The notes beneath the pieces were generated by a model. It ran no database searches and was not told the origin of the DNA. It was given only the letters and a program-made list of their open reading frames with translations. The position numbers and the translations under genes are program-made. Positions 18,630 through 28,229 of a DNA stretch of 64,000 nt are shown here, piece after piece. This DNA is from Lentimicrobiaceae bacterium. Lineage in GTDB: Bacteria; Bacteroidota; Bacteroidia; Bacteroidales; UBA4417. The stretch covers positions 9,332 to 73,331 of the forward strand of contig JAQVEX010000004.1 in NCBI GenBank assembly GCA_028697555.1, read 5' to 3'. Numbering within the stretch: the first letter of the stretch is position 1; the number at the start of each line of letters is the position of its first letter.

Positions 18630-19531
18630 TGAAAACAATAATCAAACACAATTCGAAACTAATAGTTTTACTGTTCATATCGATGCTGTTATATAGCTGC
18701 TCAACTGTTCCCATTACGGGAAGAAAACAATTTAATGTTGTTCCCAATAGCCAAATGATACAGTTGGGAGCAGAAGGATACGCATCTTTTTTGAGCTCAA
18801 ATCCTGCAATAAATCCTCCAACTGTACAATCTATTGAAGTTTCAACGGTTGGGCAAAATATAAGTCGTGCCGTTACACAGTACATGAATCTTAACAATTT
18901 ATCGCATTTAATTGAAGGTTATAATTGGGAATTTAATACCGTACAAAGCAACGAAATAAATGCTTGGTGCATGCCGGGTGGAAAAATTGTGGTTTATACC
19001 GGAATTTTGCCTATTACCGAAGATGCAGCCGGCTTAGCTGTCGTTATCGGACACGAAGTAGCACACGCTGTTGCGCGCCACAGCAACGAAAGAATGAGCC
19101 AACAGTTGGCTATTCAGTTGGGCGGTATGACATTGGCTACTGCTATGCAACAAAAACCTCAACAAACTCAAAATATATTTTTGTCGCTTTATGGTATTGG
19201 CAGTCAGTTGGGTGCAATGGCTTACTCGCGTAAGCAAGAATATGAAGCCGACAAACTCGGACTTATTTTTATGGCTATGGCTGGATACAACCCCCAAAGA
19301 GCTGTTTCGTTTTGGACTAAAATGGCTAACAGCAGTACAGGTACAAAACCTCCTGAATTTTTGAGTACACACCCTAGCGATGCTAAAAGAATTAGTGAAA
19401 TTCAAAAATTTTTGCCCGAAGCTATGAAATACTACACAGGAAGCAGCACTCAACCCACAAGTACACCGAACACGGGAACGGGTACAGCTACGCCCAAACC
19501 TCCTCAAAAATATAATATTAAGATTAAATAA
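18629..19531 (+). CDS. M48-family zinc metallopeptidase lipoprotein
   Basis: 300 aa. Lipobox LLYSC. HEVAHAV (HExxH) motif plus a downstream E..AD pattern. Its start overlaps the clpS stop (ATAATG). Confidence 0.8.
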   Translation: MKTIIKHNSKLIVLLFISMLLYSCSTVPITGRKQFNVVPNSQMIQLGAEGYASFLSSNPAINPPTVQSIEVSTVGQNISRAVTQYMNLNNLSHLIEGYNWEFNTVQSNEINAWCMPGGKIVVYTGILPITEDAAGLAVVIGHEVAHAVARHSNERMSQQLAIQLGGMTLATAMQQKPQQTQNIFLSLYGIGSQLGAMAYSRKQEYEADKLGLIFMAMAGYNPQRAVSFWTKMANSSTGTKPPEFLSTHPSDAKRISEIQKFLPEAMKYYTGSSTQPTSTPNTGTGTATPKPPQKYNIKIK

Positions 19532-19551
19532 CCTCATAAAACATATAACAT

Positions 19552-20022
19552 ATGTCGTGGCTACTAATTGTAATCTCTCTAATTATACTGGGAATATTGC
19601 TCCTGATGCTTGAGATATTTGTACTTCCAGGCACAACTGTTGCAGGCATAGCAGGAACTATTTTAATAATATATGCTATATGGAAATCGTACTCAGTATT
19701 GGGAAGTACTAACGGAACAATAATGTTGATAAGCACCTTGGTTCTGTTGGGCGTGTTTGCCTATCTCACGTACAGATTCGGCAACTGGAAAAAGGTGGCT
19801 TTAAAAACATCGCTTGATGGAAAGGTTAACGAAAACGAACTTGACGATATCAATGTTGATGACGAAGGCGTGGCTATATCACGTTTAGCTCCTTCGGGAA
19901 AAGCACTTATAAACGACAAAATTTGCGAAGTGCACACCTACAACGAATTTATTGATCAAGACTCAGAAATTAAAGTAATTAACAAAGAAGATAATAAAAT
20001 ATACGTAACACTTAAAAATTAA
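19552..20022 (+). CDS. NfeD-family membrane protein
   Basis: 156 aa with N-terminal TM helices and a C-terminal OB-like NfeD domain. It lies immediately upstream of floA, as in the known nfeD-floA operons. Confidence 0.7.
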   Translation: MSWLLIVISLIILGILLLMLEIFVLPGTTVAGIAGTILIIYAIWKSYSVLGSTNGTIMLISTLVLLGVFAYLTYRFGNWKKVALKTSLDGKVNENELDDINVDDEGVAISRLAPSGKALINDKICEVHTYNEFIDQDSEIKVINKEDNKIYVTLKN

Positions 20023-20028
20023 ACTAAT

Positions 20029-21012
20029 ATGGAACTTCTAACAATTGCCATTATTGCCATAGCCTGTATAGTTGGCTTGTGGATTATTTTTTACTTTGTA
20101 CCCGTAGGACTGTGGTTTACAGCACTACTTTCGGGTGTCAGAATTTCTTTACTTCAATTGATATTTATGCGTTGGCGTAAAGTGCCGCCATCGGTTATTG
20201 TAACTGCAATGATTAACGCTACAAAAGCCGGATTAAAACTTACACGCGACGAATTGGAAGCTTACTACTTAGCAGGCGGAAGAGTAAAATCGGTTGTAAA
20301 TGCACTGATTTCTGCCGATAAGGCAAATATACCTTTGGATTTTAAATCGGCAACAGCTATAGACTTAGCCGGACGCGACGTTTTTGAAGCCGTTCAAATG
20401 TCGGTTAACCCCAAAGTTATTGATACTCCACCTGTTGCTGCAGTTGCTCGCAATGGTATTCAACTTATTGCAAAAGCCAGAGTTACCGTCAGAGCCAATA
20501 TAAAACAACTTGTTGGTGGTGCCGGCGAAGAAACTGTTTTGGCAAGAGTTGGCGAAGGTATTGTGTCTTCTATAGGTAGCACAAAAAATCACGGCGAAGT
20601 GTTGGCTAATCCCGACTCTATTTCTAAAGTTGTTTTGGCTAAAGGTCTCGACTCAGGTACTGCTTTCGAAATACTTTCTATTGATATAGCCGATATAGAT
20701 GTTGGTAAAAACATTGGAGCTATATTGCAAATGGATCAGGCTAATGCCGATAAAAATATTGCACAAGCCAGAGCCGAAGAAAGAAGAGCTATGGCTGTTG
20801 CTTCCGAACAAGAAATGAGAGCTAAAGCACAAGAAGCTAGAGCAAAAGTTATTGAAGCCGAAGCTGAGATACCTAAAGCTATAGCCGACGCATTCAGAAA
20901 CGGAAATTTAGGCATTATGGATTATTATAAATTCCAGAATATACAAGCCGATACAAAAATGAGAGAATCTATTGCTGACCCAAAGTTAGGTAAACCTACA
21001 AATAGCAAATAA
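20029..21012 (+). CDS. floA: Flotillin-like protein FloA
   Basis: 327 aa. Long near-identical blocks to my recollection of B. subtilis FloA/YqfA ([69 protein letters not shown]). Confidence 0.9.
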   Translation: MELLTIAIIAIACIVGLWIIFYFVPVGLWFTALLSGVRISLLQLIFMRWRKVPPSVIVTAMINATKAGLKLTRDELEAYYLAGGRVKSVVNALISADKANIPLDFKSATAIDLAGRDVFEAVQMSVNPKVIDTPPVAAVARNGIQLIAKARVTVRANIKQLVGGAGEETVLARVGEGIVSSIGSTKNHGEVLANPDSISKVVLAKGLDSGTAFEILSIDIADIDVGKNIGAILQMDQANADKNIAQARAEERRAMAVASEQEMRAKAQEARAKVIEAEAEIPKAIADAFRNGNLGIMDYYKFQNIQADTKMRESIADPKLGKPTNSK

Positions 21013-21063
21013 TTTTAATTGATAAAAATTTTAACTTTATAAATAACTTTAAAAAATAAAACA

Positions 21064-21531
21064 ATGAAAAAAACACTATTAACAGTATTAATTATTATTA
21101 CGTTAGGAGCTTCGGCTTTTGCACAAAGCAATTACAACAAATGTGCAAGATTTGGTTTTATGATACCGCTTGAATCGTCAGACATCTACAGTTTATACCC
21201 TTTTGACCTCGCATTTGAGTACGTCTTTTTCAACAAAAGTGGGTTTTCTATTGGTGGTGAATTGGGATTTTATTACGGTACTTTCAAATATTTTAATTCT
21301 ACAAAAGGTTTTGGCGGCTTTAACTTAAAACCATTGGTACATTACAATTTTACCAAAAATTTTGATGCTTTTACCGGCTTTGGTTTATTTATACCCGTCG
21401 ATTCAGACAGTGATTTGCATTGGCAATTTACCGTGGGCGGCAGGTATTTTTTCACCAACAATTTTGGTGCTCACCTACGTGCTCATTTCGACAACAACTG
21501 GCTTGAATTGGGTGTGTCGTACAGGTTTTAA
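21064..21531 (+). CDS. Small outer-membrane beta-barrel protein
   Basis: 155 aa. Signal peptide ending ASAFA. Alternating aromatic/Gly beta-strand pattern. C-terminal ..GVSYRF. Confidence 0.6.
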   Translation: MKKTLLTVLIIITLGASAFAQSNYNKCARFGFMIPLESSDIYSLYPFDLAFEYVFFNKSGFSIGGELGFYYGTFKYFNSTKGFGGFNLKPLVHYNFTKNFDAFTGFGLFIPVDSDSDLHWQFTVGGRYFFTNNFGAHLRAHFDNNWLELGVSYRF

Positions 21532-21561
21532 GGCTTGTAGTAGATGTTAAACTAACAAAAG

Positions 21562-21593
21562 GGACTATCAAATTTAGAATAGTCCTTTTTTTT
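21562..21593 (+). terminator. Rho-independent terminator shared by convergent genes
   Basis: GGACTAT (loop caaatttaga) ATAGTCC followed by TTTTTTTT. It lies 30 nt after the OMP gene stop and abuts the nrdG stop. Confidence 0.7.
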
Positions 21594-22053
21594 ATCTTCG
21601 CATAAGTTCGGTAATATCATGCATTAAGCCATCTTTAACTTTGTAAAGTCTTTGGTTTGTCTGCAACGACTTTAAGCCTCCTAGTTCTTGTTTGTAAGAA
21701 CCCAATTTTATATAATCGAAATTCTGTGTTTTAACTTTGTTTAGTTTCTCGCAACCCGAATACCAAGCTGTTTTTATGCACAATTCAGATTGCTTTTTAA
21801 TAAAAACCGATAACTTCTCAACTTCAAACGGATTGGCATCTCCACCCATAAAACATACGCAAGTAATCAAATATCCGTACTTACTCAGCAAATTTAAAAT
21901 CACAGTTTCGGTCAAAACTTCGCCTATATCTAACCATAGCTGCGGACTATGACATCCTTTGCATTTGTGCGGACAGTTCGAAAGATTTATAGCCAATGTA
22001 ACCTCGTCGGGAATTTCCTGAAAAACTATATCATAATCGGTGTACTTAAGCAT
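21592..22053 (-). CDS. nrdG: Anaerobic ribonucleoside-triphosphate reductase activating protein
   Basis: 153 aa. Radical SAM CPHKCKGC motif. Overlaps the nrdD stop by 8 nt. Confidence 0.85.
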   Translation of the reverse strand: MLKYTDYDIVFQEIPDEVTLAINLSNCPHKCKGCHSPQLWLDIGEVLTETVILNLLSKYGYLITCVCFMGGDANPFEVEKLSVFIKKQSELCIKTAWYSGCEKLNKVKTQNFDYIKLGSYKQELGGLKSLQTNQRLYKVKDGLMHDITELMRR

Positions 22054-24181
22054 ATTGTTCTATTTTTTCCTCAAGTTGAACTTTTTGGTTGTCGCAGTAG
22101 TACCTCTGTGCAGCCTCAACCTGACGCGCTGCCGAGAAATTACTAATACGTTTCATGTAACCTATCACGCGAGTTAGGTAGTCAATATTATCGGAACCGC
22201 ACTTTGGACACTTTTTAAGATACCTTTTGTCAATAGCGTTACAATCGTTGCATACCGTATTTGGAATATTGAAGGTAAAATAGTTGCATCCTTCAATAGC
22301 TGCCACACATAGCAATTGTCGGTATTGCTTTTTCGATAAATGTTCTTCCAAATTCATATGAAGTGCCGACCCTCCCGTAAGATGTTTTATATACCTTGAA
22401 CCATGCAAGCGAAACTTATCTATAACATTTAGCGACTCGTCTTCCACAATATAAAAATAACTGTTGTAGCAACTGCGTGGGACGAAGTAACCGTCTTCTC
22501 TGTCCCATTTTGCATGCTTAACTCCAACATTTTCAGCCGGTATCATTTCGCAGTTGAACATTGTTTTAGAAGTACGGTACTTTTTATTGTATCTTTCTAC
22601 CAATCCCAATACGTCTTGCACAAATTTCAGATAGTTGCTGTTATCTGATATTTGTATGCCTTGGAATTCGGCTGCTTCAACTATTCCGTTTACGCCAATT
22701 GTAAGATATTGCCTATCCAAATTGATGTAGCCGGCATCAAAAAGCGGCAGCATCTTTTTATCCTTAAACATGATAAGGTTTTCGTTGTAAGCTATTTGTA
22801 CTTTATGTACTAAATTGACAACTTTTTCGAGAAAATCTAAATATGGAATCCCAACTTTATCTGCATATTGCACACAACGATTGATATTAATAGTCAGCAC
22901 ACTTTTCGATCCTGTTGAAATTCCTCCCGCACCTAAGGTGTAGCTAAATCCGTTATCCTGAATTTCGTTACGCAACCTGCAACAGCTTGATAATGAATCA
23001 GCATTATCGCTCATATATGTAAAAAACGAGTGCCCTTCTGCGTACATTTCTGCAGTGAAATCGCCGTATTCTTCGTCTAACACATCGCCGTCTTTTGTGA
23101 GCAAAGCCATTGTCTCGACCGGAAATGTCAGCACCGATCTGGTTCTTTCTTTATTAAACCATTTTATAAACCTTTTTTGCAACCAGTTTAGCGAATCCCA
23201 GTGCGGTTTGCTTCCGTCGGGAAAAACAAAGTCGCGGAACAAACTTTCAAAATAGTACTTATCGTAATAAGAAATATTCCAAAAAACTGCCTGAAAATTG
23301 CGTGCTCCTGTTGGTTGATTTATGGAATAAATAATCTGCTCGAAAAAATCGCAAATAACTTTATCTAATGTTCTTCTGCGCTTAGATAAATCTACAACCT
23401 CATCGACGCGTTTGTAATAATCTATACCGTATTCCAATCCTATAAAGTAATTCATGTACATTAGAAACTCGGGAGTTGCACAAGCTCCGCTCAACATGCT
23501 TGAAACCATAAACACCATGTTTATGAAACCTCCGCTAAACGATTTTAAATTTGTTGGCGGTGTTGAATTGCCTCCTATCCCAACTGTTCCGTTCAATAGC
23601 CAAGGATACATTGTTATGCTTGCACAATAATTTGCCAAACTTGTCTCGTCGTTTTTGTATATAAAATGCTCATTTAACATTTTAATATACTCATCAGCTA
23701 ACTCCTTTCCGTACATTTCTTTAATTCTATCGGTTAACAGTTTTCTGTTGAGTTTGATAAAATTATTTTTAGGGATTTCGCCTATAAGTGTTGCTATGTT
23801 TTTGTTTTCAACATTGGCATTAGCATCGAACTTACTTCCTGTGGCTGCGTTTTGAGCATTGCAGTAGTCCATCAGAAAATTCATTTTATCGCGAATTTCT
23901 CGCGTTTCTGCATGTTCTTTTCTGTACAGCATATACGATTTTGCTACTGCAAAATATTTTTCCGCCATCAAAGCCACTTCCACGTTGTTTTGAATTTCTT
24001 CAACAGTCATTTCGTTTGTTATTTGCAGGCGTGAAAGAATATTCGTCATATCCTCATCGGTAGCAAATGAGCCGACTGATAAAAATGCTTTGCGGATTGC
24101 ATTTTTGATTTTTTCTATAGAAAACGGCACCTTTTTGCCGTTTCGCTTAATTACTGTTCTGATTGCACCATCAATTTCCAT
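22046..24181 (-). CDS. nrdD: Anaerobic ribonucleoside-triphosphate reductase (class III)
   Basis: 711 aa. N-terminal ATP-cone. C-terminal Zn-ribbon CNDC..CPKCG and a glycyl-radical region ..RVIGYM... Confidence 0.9.
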   Translation of the reverse strand: MEIDGAIRTVIKRNGKKVPFSIEKIKNAIRKAFLSVGSFATDEDMTNILSRLQITNEMTVEEIQNNVEVALMAEKYFAVAKSYMLYRKEHAETREIRDKMNFLMDYCNAQNAATGSKFDANANVENKNIATLIGEIPKNNFIKLNRKLLTDRIKEMYGKELADEYIKMLNEHFIYKNDETSLANYCASITMYPWLLNGTVGIGGNSTPPTNLKSFSGGFINMVFMVSSMLSGACATPEFLMYMNYFIGLEYGIDYYKRVDEVVDLSKRRRTLDKVICDFFEQIIYSINQPTGARNFQAVFWNISYYDKYYFESLFRDFVFPDGSKPHWDSLNWLQKRFIKWFNKERTRSVLTFPVETMALLTKDGDVLDEEYGDFTAEMYAEGHSFFTYMSDNADSLSSCCRLRNEIQDNGFSYTLGAGGISTGSKSVLTININRCVQYADKVGIPYLDFLEKVVNLVHKVQIAYNENLIMFKDKKMLPLFDAGYINLDRQYLTIGVNGIVEAAEFQGIQISDNSNYLKFVQDVLGLVERYNKKYRTSKTMFNCEMIPAENVGVKHAKWDREDGYFVPRSCYNSYFYIVEDESLNVIDKFRLHGSRYIKHLTGGSALHMNLEEHLSKKQYRQLLCVAAIEGCNYFTFNIPNTVCNDCNAIDKRYLKKCPKCGSDNIDYLTRVIGYMKRISNFSAARQVEAAQRYYCDNQKVQLEEKIEQYA

Positions 24182-24249
24182 AACAAATTATGAATTAAAA
24201 GTTAAACAATTAATGGTAGCGTTTGGAATAAAAATATTAAGAAAAAAAT

Positions 24250-24445
24250 TTTTCTTCTTAGCCTTTTCTCCCGAAAGCTACGAATTACATGTCGAAAATG
24301 ATAGGTCTTCCGGCTTGTTACATTTTAAAACGCCTTCCCAGAAAAAATTAAATCCAGTGGCTTATACTATTTTAAAACCTATTTGTAACTTACGGCTGCG
24401 GGTACAGCTACCGATTTTAACGGTATTCCCTTAGCATCATTTTGA
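24250..24445 (-). ncRNA. Cobalamin (B12) riboswitch in the nrdDG leader
   Basis: The minus strand reads ..AUGAUGCUAAGGGAAUACCGUUAAAAUCGGUAGCUGUACCCGCAGCCGUAAG...AAGCCACUGG...CUGGGAAGGCG...AAGCCGGAAGACCUAUCAU... It contains the GGGAA/CCCGC core, the GCCACUG..GGGAAGGC pair and the B12 box AGCCGGAAGACC. P1 is AUGAU (24440..24436) pairing with AUCAU (24302..24298). A TAATTTTG -7 box lies at 24451..24458. Confidence 0.8.
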
Positions 24446-24596
24446 CTCAACAAAATTAAGGATTAAATGTGTGCTTTTGGTTTTTAAGCAAATGTTTTAT
24501 CAACAAAGTAATTAACATATGCGTTCAATCTTTTGCGATTCTAACATTTTGGTTAGTCCGAAAATTTCACTCAATTGCAAAACTACCTTATTCTAG

Positions 24597-24627
24597 TAAA
24601 AAAAAGTGCCTGAAAAATTCAGGCACT
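24597..24627 (-). terminator. Rho-independent terminator of tonB
   Basis: Minus strand AGTGCCTGA atttt TCAGGCACT followed by TTTTTTTT, 30 nt downstream of the tonB stop. Confidence 0.75.
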
Positions 24628-24657
24628 TATAACCCTAAAGTTTTGAATTATGAAAAA

Positions 24658-25362
24658 TCACCCTGTAAGTACGAATTTAATAGGTAATCTAAATTGTACC
24701 CTTACAGGTTTGCCTCTTTGCTTACCAGGTTTCCATTTAGGCATGTTTTTAACAACCCTTATAGCTTCTTCGTCGCAGCCTCCGCCTATACCACGAAGTA
24801 CTTGAATATCGGTAACCGAGCCGTCTCTTTCAATAACGAAAGTTAAATAAACAGTTCCTTGTATTCCCGATTCTCTAGCCATTTGCGGATAAACTATGTT
24901 TTCGCTTAAGAACTTCATACGTGCTACATCTCCGCCGACAAATTCAGGATCTTCTTCAACAACTAAGAATATTTGTCGTTCAAAAACTTCTTCCTCTTCT
25001 TCAATTTTTGTAACCGGAGCTGGTGGTGGAGCTATGTACTCATCCATCACTAAAGATTCGTCAGCTTCTGCGTCAATACGGATATCAGCTGTAATAACTG
25101 CTGTGTTCTCAACTATGTTAAGAACAACTGAAGGTGCTTGCGGAGCTGGCGGTGGTGGTGGAGCCTTTTGTTGAGTAATTTGAACCATTTCTTCTGGAAT
25201 TTCCTGAACAGGTCCCGAAACAAAATCCGTCTCAACTTCTCTATCATAGGTCTTCCACTCGAAGCCTAACAGCACTAATGCTAATGATATTATCAAGCCT
25301 ATTTCCAAAAAAGAAAAACTCCTTTTTTCCAAATTGGCTCTTTCTGTTTTTTTCTGTTGCAT
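24658..25362 (-). CDS. tonB: Energy transducer TonB
   Basis: N-terminal TM anchor, Pro-rich spacer (QKAPPPPPAPQAPS), and a C-terminal TonB domain (YPQMARESGIQGTVYLTFVIERDGSV..., KPGKQRGKPV). The ATG at 25362 is preferred over the upstream TTG. Confidence 0.85.
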   Translation of the reverse strand: MQQKKTERANLEKRSFSFLEIGLIISLALVLLGFEWKTYDREVETDFVSGPVQEIPEEMVQITQQKAPPPPPAPQAPSVVLNIVENTAVITADIRIDAEADESLVMDEYIAPPPAPVTKIEEEEEVFERQIFLVVEEDPEFVGGDVARMKFLSENIVYPQMARESGIQGTVYLTFVIERDGSVTDIQVLRGIGGGCDEEAIRVVKNMPKWKPGKQRGKPVRVQFRLPIKFVLTG

Positions 25363-25491
25363 AATTTTGTTTGTTTTATTAAAAATTTCAACCAATCAAA
25401 TTCGTAGCTAAAATACAATTTTTTTCAGAACTACAAATTTTTTTTTAATAATATTTAATATTTGCTAAAAAATATATTAAAAAAACGCTAA

Positions 25492-25869
25492 CTAAGCTTC
25501 TATAAGTTTTTTATAATCTTCTGCACTTAGCAATTCAGATTTGTCGGCATCGTTGAAATTATCAATCTTAATTATCCATCCTTCGCCGTATGGGTCTTGA
25601 TTAATAAGTTCGGGATTGTCTTCCAATGCGCTGTTAAATTCAACTATTGTTGCCGAAATTGGCATCAAAAGATCGGATACGGTTTTAACGGCTTCTACAG
25701 TACCAAAAACTTCGCCTGCTTCAATATCACCAAGGTCGTTAACTTCAACGAATACAATATCGCCCAATTGTTGTTGAGCAAAATCGGTTATTCCAATATA
25801 AGCTGTATCGCCTTCTATTCTAAGCCATTCGTGGTCTTTACTAAATAATAAGTTATTAGGTATGTTCAT
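25492..25869 (-). CDS. gcvH: Glycine cleavage system protein H
   Basis: 125 aa. Lipoyl-lysine motif VEAVKTVSD. Confidence 0.9.
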   Translation of the reverse strand: MNIPNNLLFSKDHEWLRIEGDTAYIGITDFAQQQLGDIVFVEVNDLGDIEAGEVFGTVEAVKTVSDLLMPISATIVEFNSALEDNPELINQDPYGEGWIIKIDNFNDADKSELLSAEDYKKLIEA

Positions 25870-25967
25870 AGTTTTATATTTTATATGTGTTATAATTTTT
25901 TTACAAAGGTAATTTAAAGAAATTAAATAACGATGTTTTTAATATAATTTTTATTTTATTTTTTCAT

Positions 25968-28226
25968 TTATTGAGATAAAGTAAACCTTAGCGAAACTCC
26001 TCCATTAAAGTTAGATGTCTTGATTTGTCCAGCCAAATGTGGTCGATTTATCATGTGGTCGTAATAAAACCTTAAATTTAATTTCTGACTTAGCATATAA
26101 TCGGCTGAAAAGTTGATAGAATACCTTAAGGCTCCCGAAGTTACCAAGTTTTCAGATGTTTCTACTTTGCGTATATACGTAACGTTATCTCTTATAGAAA
26201 AGTCGATTTTAACATTTAAGTCGCTTTCAATTTTAACTCTACTACCCGAAGTTACCGACCTTACGGTTAACGGTACTTTTTTGAAACGATATCCTGTGCC
26301 TATCACAAATTCATTGCCTTTAACTTCGGTAAGCTGATTGTTAACAAAGCTAAGCGATAGATTTCTCGAAGTTTTATATTCCAAACGAACTAATAGGCTG
26401 TTTTTCATTGTTATATCTATTCCTAAAAACGGTCCGAATTGTTCGGTAATTGAAACCATATCGATGCGCGTTTCGGGAATAAAATTGGCGGCATTGTCCA
26501 ATGCCCATGGGAAACCTGTTCCGTTGTCATCGAAGTTAACATCGTTGCGGAAACTACCAACTGAATACGCCGACCTGTAAGCGTGATTGATTGTAAACGA
26601 ACTGAAATATTCTCTCAAAATCGGTATAGCTTGTCCGGCGTTGTACGTCAATCGCCAGTTGGGTATAGGTATTTTGGGGAACGGATTTAGTTTTACCTTT
26701 GAGGGGTCTTCGCCCTTATATGCCGATATAAACGAGTATAAAAGCACTTCGGGACTTGTAGCTCCGTATCCTTTGGGATAGCCTGTAGAATCGACAGTAC
26801 CAACAGAATTAGGATTACCTTCGGCTAATCTTCTGGCTACATCTATCCTATTATCCAACATTTTTGAAAACACCGGGTCGACATCTTCTGAACTTCCTGC
26901 CGACATAAAGGCTGTCGGTAAAATTAAATAGCTAGAAGTATATGTTCCGGTATTCATTTCCGAAGTGTTTTTAAACACACCATCGCCAACATTTTTAAAC
27001 GATGATTGATAGTTCTGCGAAAAGTTTTTATCGCCGCTTAGGGTTATTTGCATAAATTTAAATGGTTCAATATTTGCCCTAAAGTTTATGATTTCAACTT
27101 CTCGCTTAGCAAACGGATTGTTTAACAGTGTATCTTGCGACAACCAACCCTCCGTAGCAGCCCTGTACCTTATATCTTCCTGACTACCGAAAATAAATGG
27201 CAAACCGGGTGCGTTGCCTTTCCAACTATTGCCCAATACTCCTGCCTGCGGCATAAATCCAGGCAGCATTATTCCGTTTGATTTCGAATAAGAGCCGCTT
27301 ACATCTTTTACGCCTAACAGCACTCCTATCAGCTGATTGCCGACTATGCGGAAATAATCTTTCTTTTCTTTCTTAGTTGTATCTTCGGCTGTTTCAGTCT
27401 CCTTCAATCTTTTTGGGTCAATGCCCTGCCTTTGCAATTCTCTGGCAGGAATTGGCGATTTTTTCATAATTGACTCGCGGAATTGCTTGTCGTTAAAGTC
27501 TTTTGCTTTCTTTAAGAAACTAATCTTTTCAAATAATGATGAAACTCGTACGTTGGCATTGACGCTTAAATCTCTGGAGTTTTCTATGGAGTTACCAAAT
27601 CTGTCTTGTAACGAACGTTGCGATGCTTCCCACCTATAAATTACGCCAGCACGGGTATTGACATTAATCCAATTTAAGAAATTAATTTTACTAATTGGAA
27701 GAACATAATTTACGTTTGCCGTTTGATTATATCTGTTGGGCAATCCAAAGTTTTTAATGCTGTTCCAAATTGTATCCCTAAATTGTTCGTACCCTGCCAT
27801 TCCTCTTTCGTAATATCCGGGTGGTTCGTAAATGTAGGCATTGACATTGGCACTGTAGTCTAATTTTAATGAGCGAGTTATGTCGTAATTTAGGTTGTAC
27901 ATTCTGTTCCAATCCCAACGTTTTGAATAGCTTGGTTCTAAAATAATTTGAGCTCGGCTCTTGTTACGCAGCAAACGCTTTTGAACGTCTCTGTTCATAT
28001 CGGTTCGGAACGAAAACGAACGTGGCAAATAGTATAAATTAAAATCTTGCAATAATTTCAAGCTCGGACTTTTAATGATTTTTTTAAACGGCTCTAATGG
28101 TTGAGAGTTTGTCATATAATTATAGCCTAATCCTCCACGGTGCGTAGTTCTTGAATCGACTTCAACGTCGACATTGCGCTGTTTTATGTTAGGATAAGCA
28201 TACGAAAGGTCGAAGTTTTCTATATC
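25968..28226 (-). CDS. sprA: SprA (T9SS translocon), C-terminal 752 codons. They are open in the same frame immediately after the internal TGA. The first ATG is at 28115.
   Basis: A 715-aa ORF plus 37 upstream sense codons (DIENFDLSYAYPNIKQRNVDVEVDSRTTHRGGLGYNY). The repetitive beta-strand pattern ends in ..GGVSLRFTLSQ. Lies in gcvH-sprA-ruvA synteny. Confidence 0.8.
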   Translation of the reverse strand, partial: DIENFDLSYAYPNIKQRNVDVEVDSRTTHRGGLGYNYMTNSQPLEPFKKIIKSPSLKLLQDFNLYYLPRSFSFRTDMNRDVQKRLLRNKSRAQIILEPSYSKRWDWNRMYNLNYDITRSLKLDYSANVNAYIYEPPGYYERGMAGYEQFRDTIWNSIKNFGLPNRYNQTANVNYVLPISKINFLNWINVNTRAGVIYRWEASQRSLQDRFGNSIENSRDLSVNANVRVSSLFEKISFLKKAKDFNDKQFRESIMKKSPIPARELQRQGIDPKRLKETETAEDTTKKEKKDYFRIVGNQLIGVLLGVKDVSGSYSKSNGIMLPGFMPQAGVLGNSWKGNAPGLPFIFGSQEDIRYRAATEGWLSQDTLLNNPFAKREVEIINFRANIEPFKFMQITLSGDKNFSQNYQSSFKNVGDGVFKNTSEMNTGTYTSSYLILPTAFMSAGSSEDVDPVFSKMLDNRIDVARRLAEGNPNSVGTVDSTGYPKGYGATSPEVLLYSFISAYKGEDPSKVKLNPFPKIPIPNWRLTYNAGQAIPILREYFSSFTINHAYRSAYSVGSFRNDVNFDDNGTGFPWALDNAANFIPETRIDMVSITEQFGPFLGIDITMKNSLLVRLEYKTSRNLSLSFVNNQLTEVKGNEFVIGTGYRFKKVPLTVRSVTSGSRVKIESDLNVKIDFSIRDNVTYIRKVETSENLVTSGALRYSINFSADYMLSQKLNLRFYYDHMINRPHLAGQIKTSNFNGGVSLRFTLSQ

Positions 28227-28229
28227 TCA
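28227..28229 (-). other. In-frame TGA interrupting sprA
   Basis: The minus strand reads CGA AAA CCT ATG CCG TGA GAT ATA GAA AAC. The frame is continuous on both sides. Confidence 0.95.

Noticed and set aside
19034-19537. 167-aa minus-strand ORF
   Set aside because: It is fully antisense to the well-supported M48 peptidase gene and has no motifs. I treat it as a shadow ORF.
24182-24250. Intrinsic terminator as the riboswitch expression platform
   Set aside because: Only weak A/U-rich stems can be drawn (UAGCUUU..AAAGGCUA; AAGAAGA..UUUUCUU followed by a U-run). I cannot decide between transcriptional and translational control, so nothing was annotated.
28227-28229. Selenocysteine or a reassigned genetic code (TGA as Trp or Gly) as the explanation for the sprA TGA
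   Set aside because: TGA clearly terminates other genes here (for example 16767 and 47666), and prfB retains its TGA-based autoregulatory frameshift, so RF2 reads TGA. I see no SECIS-like stem-loop starting within ~10-20 nt of the TGA. The only hairpin, GUCGAC-guugaa-GUCGAU, begins ~55 nt downstream. I cannot fully exclude Sec without the rest of the genome.
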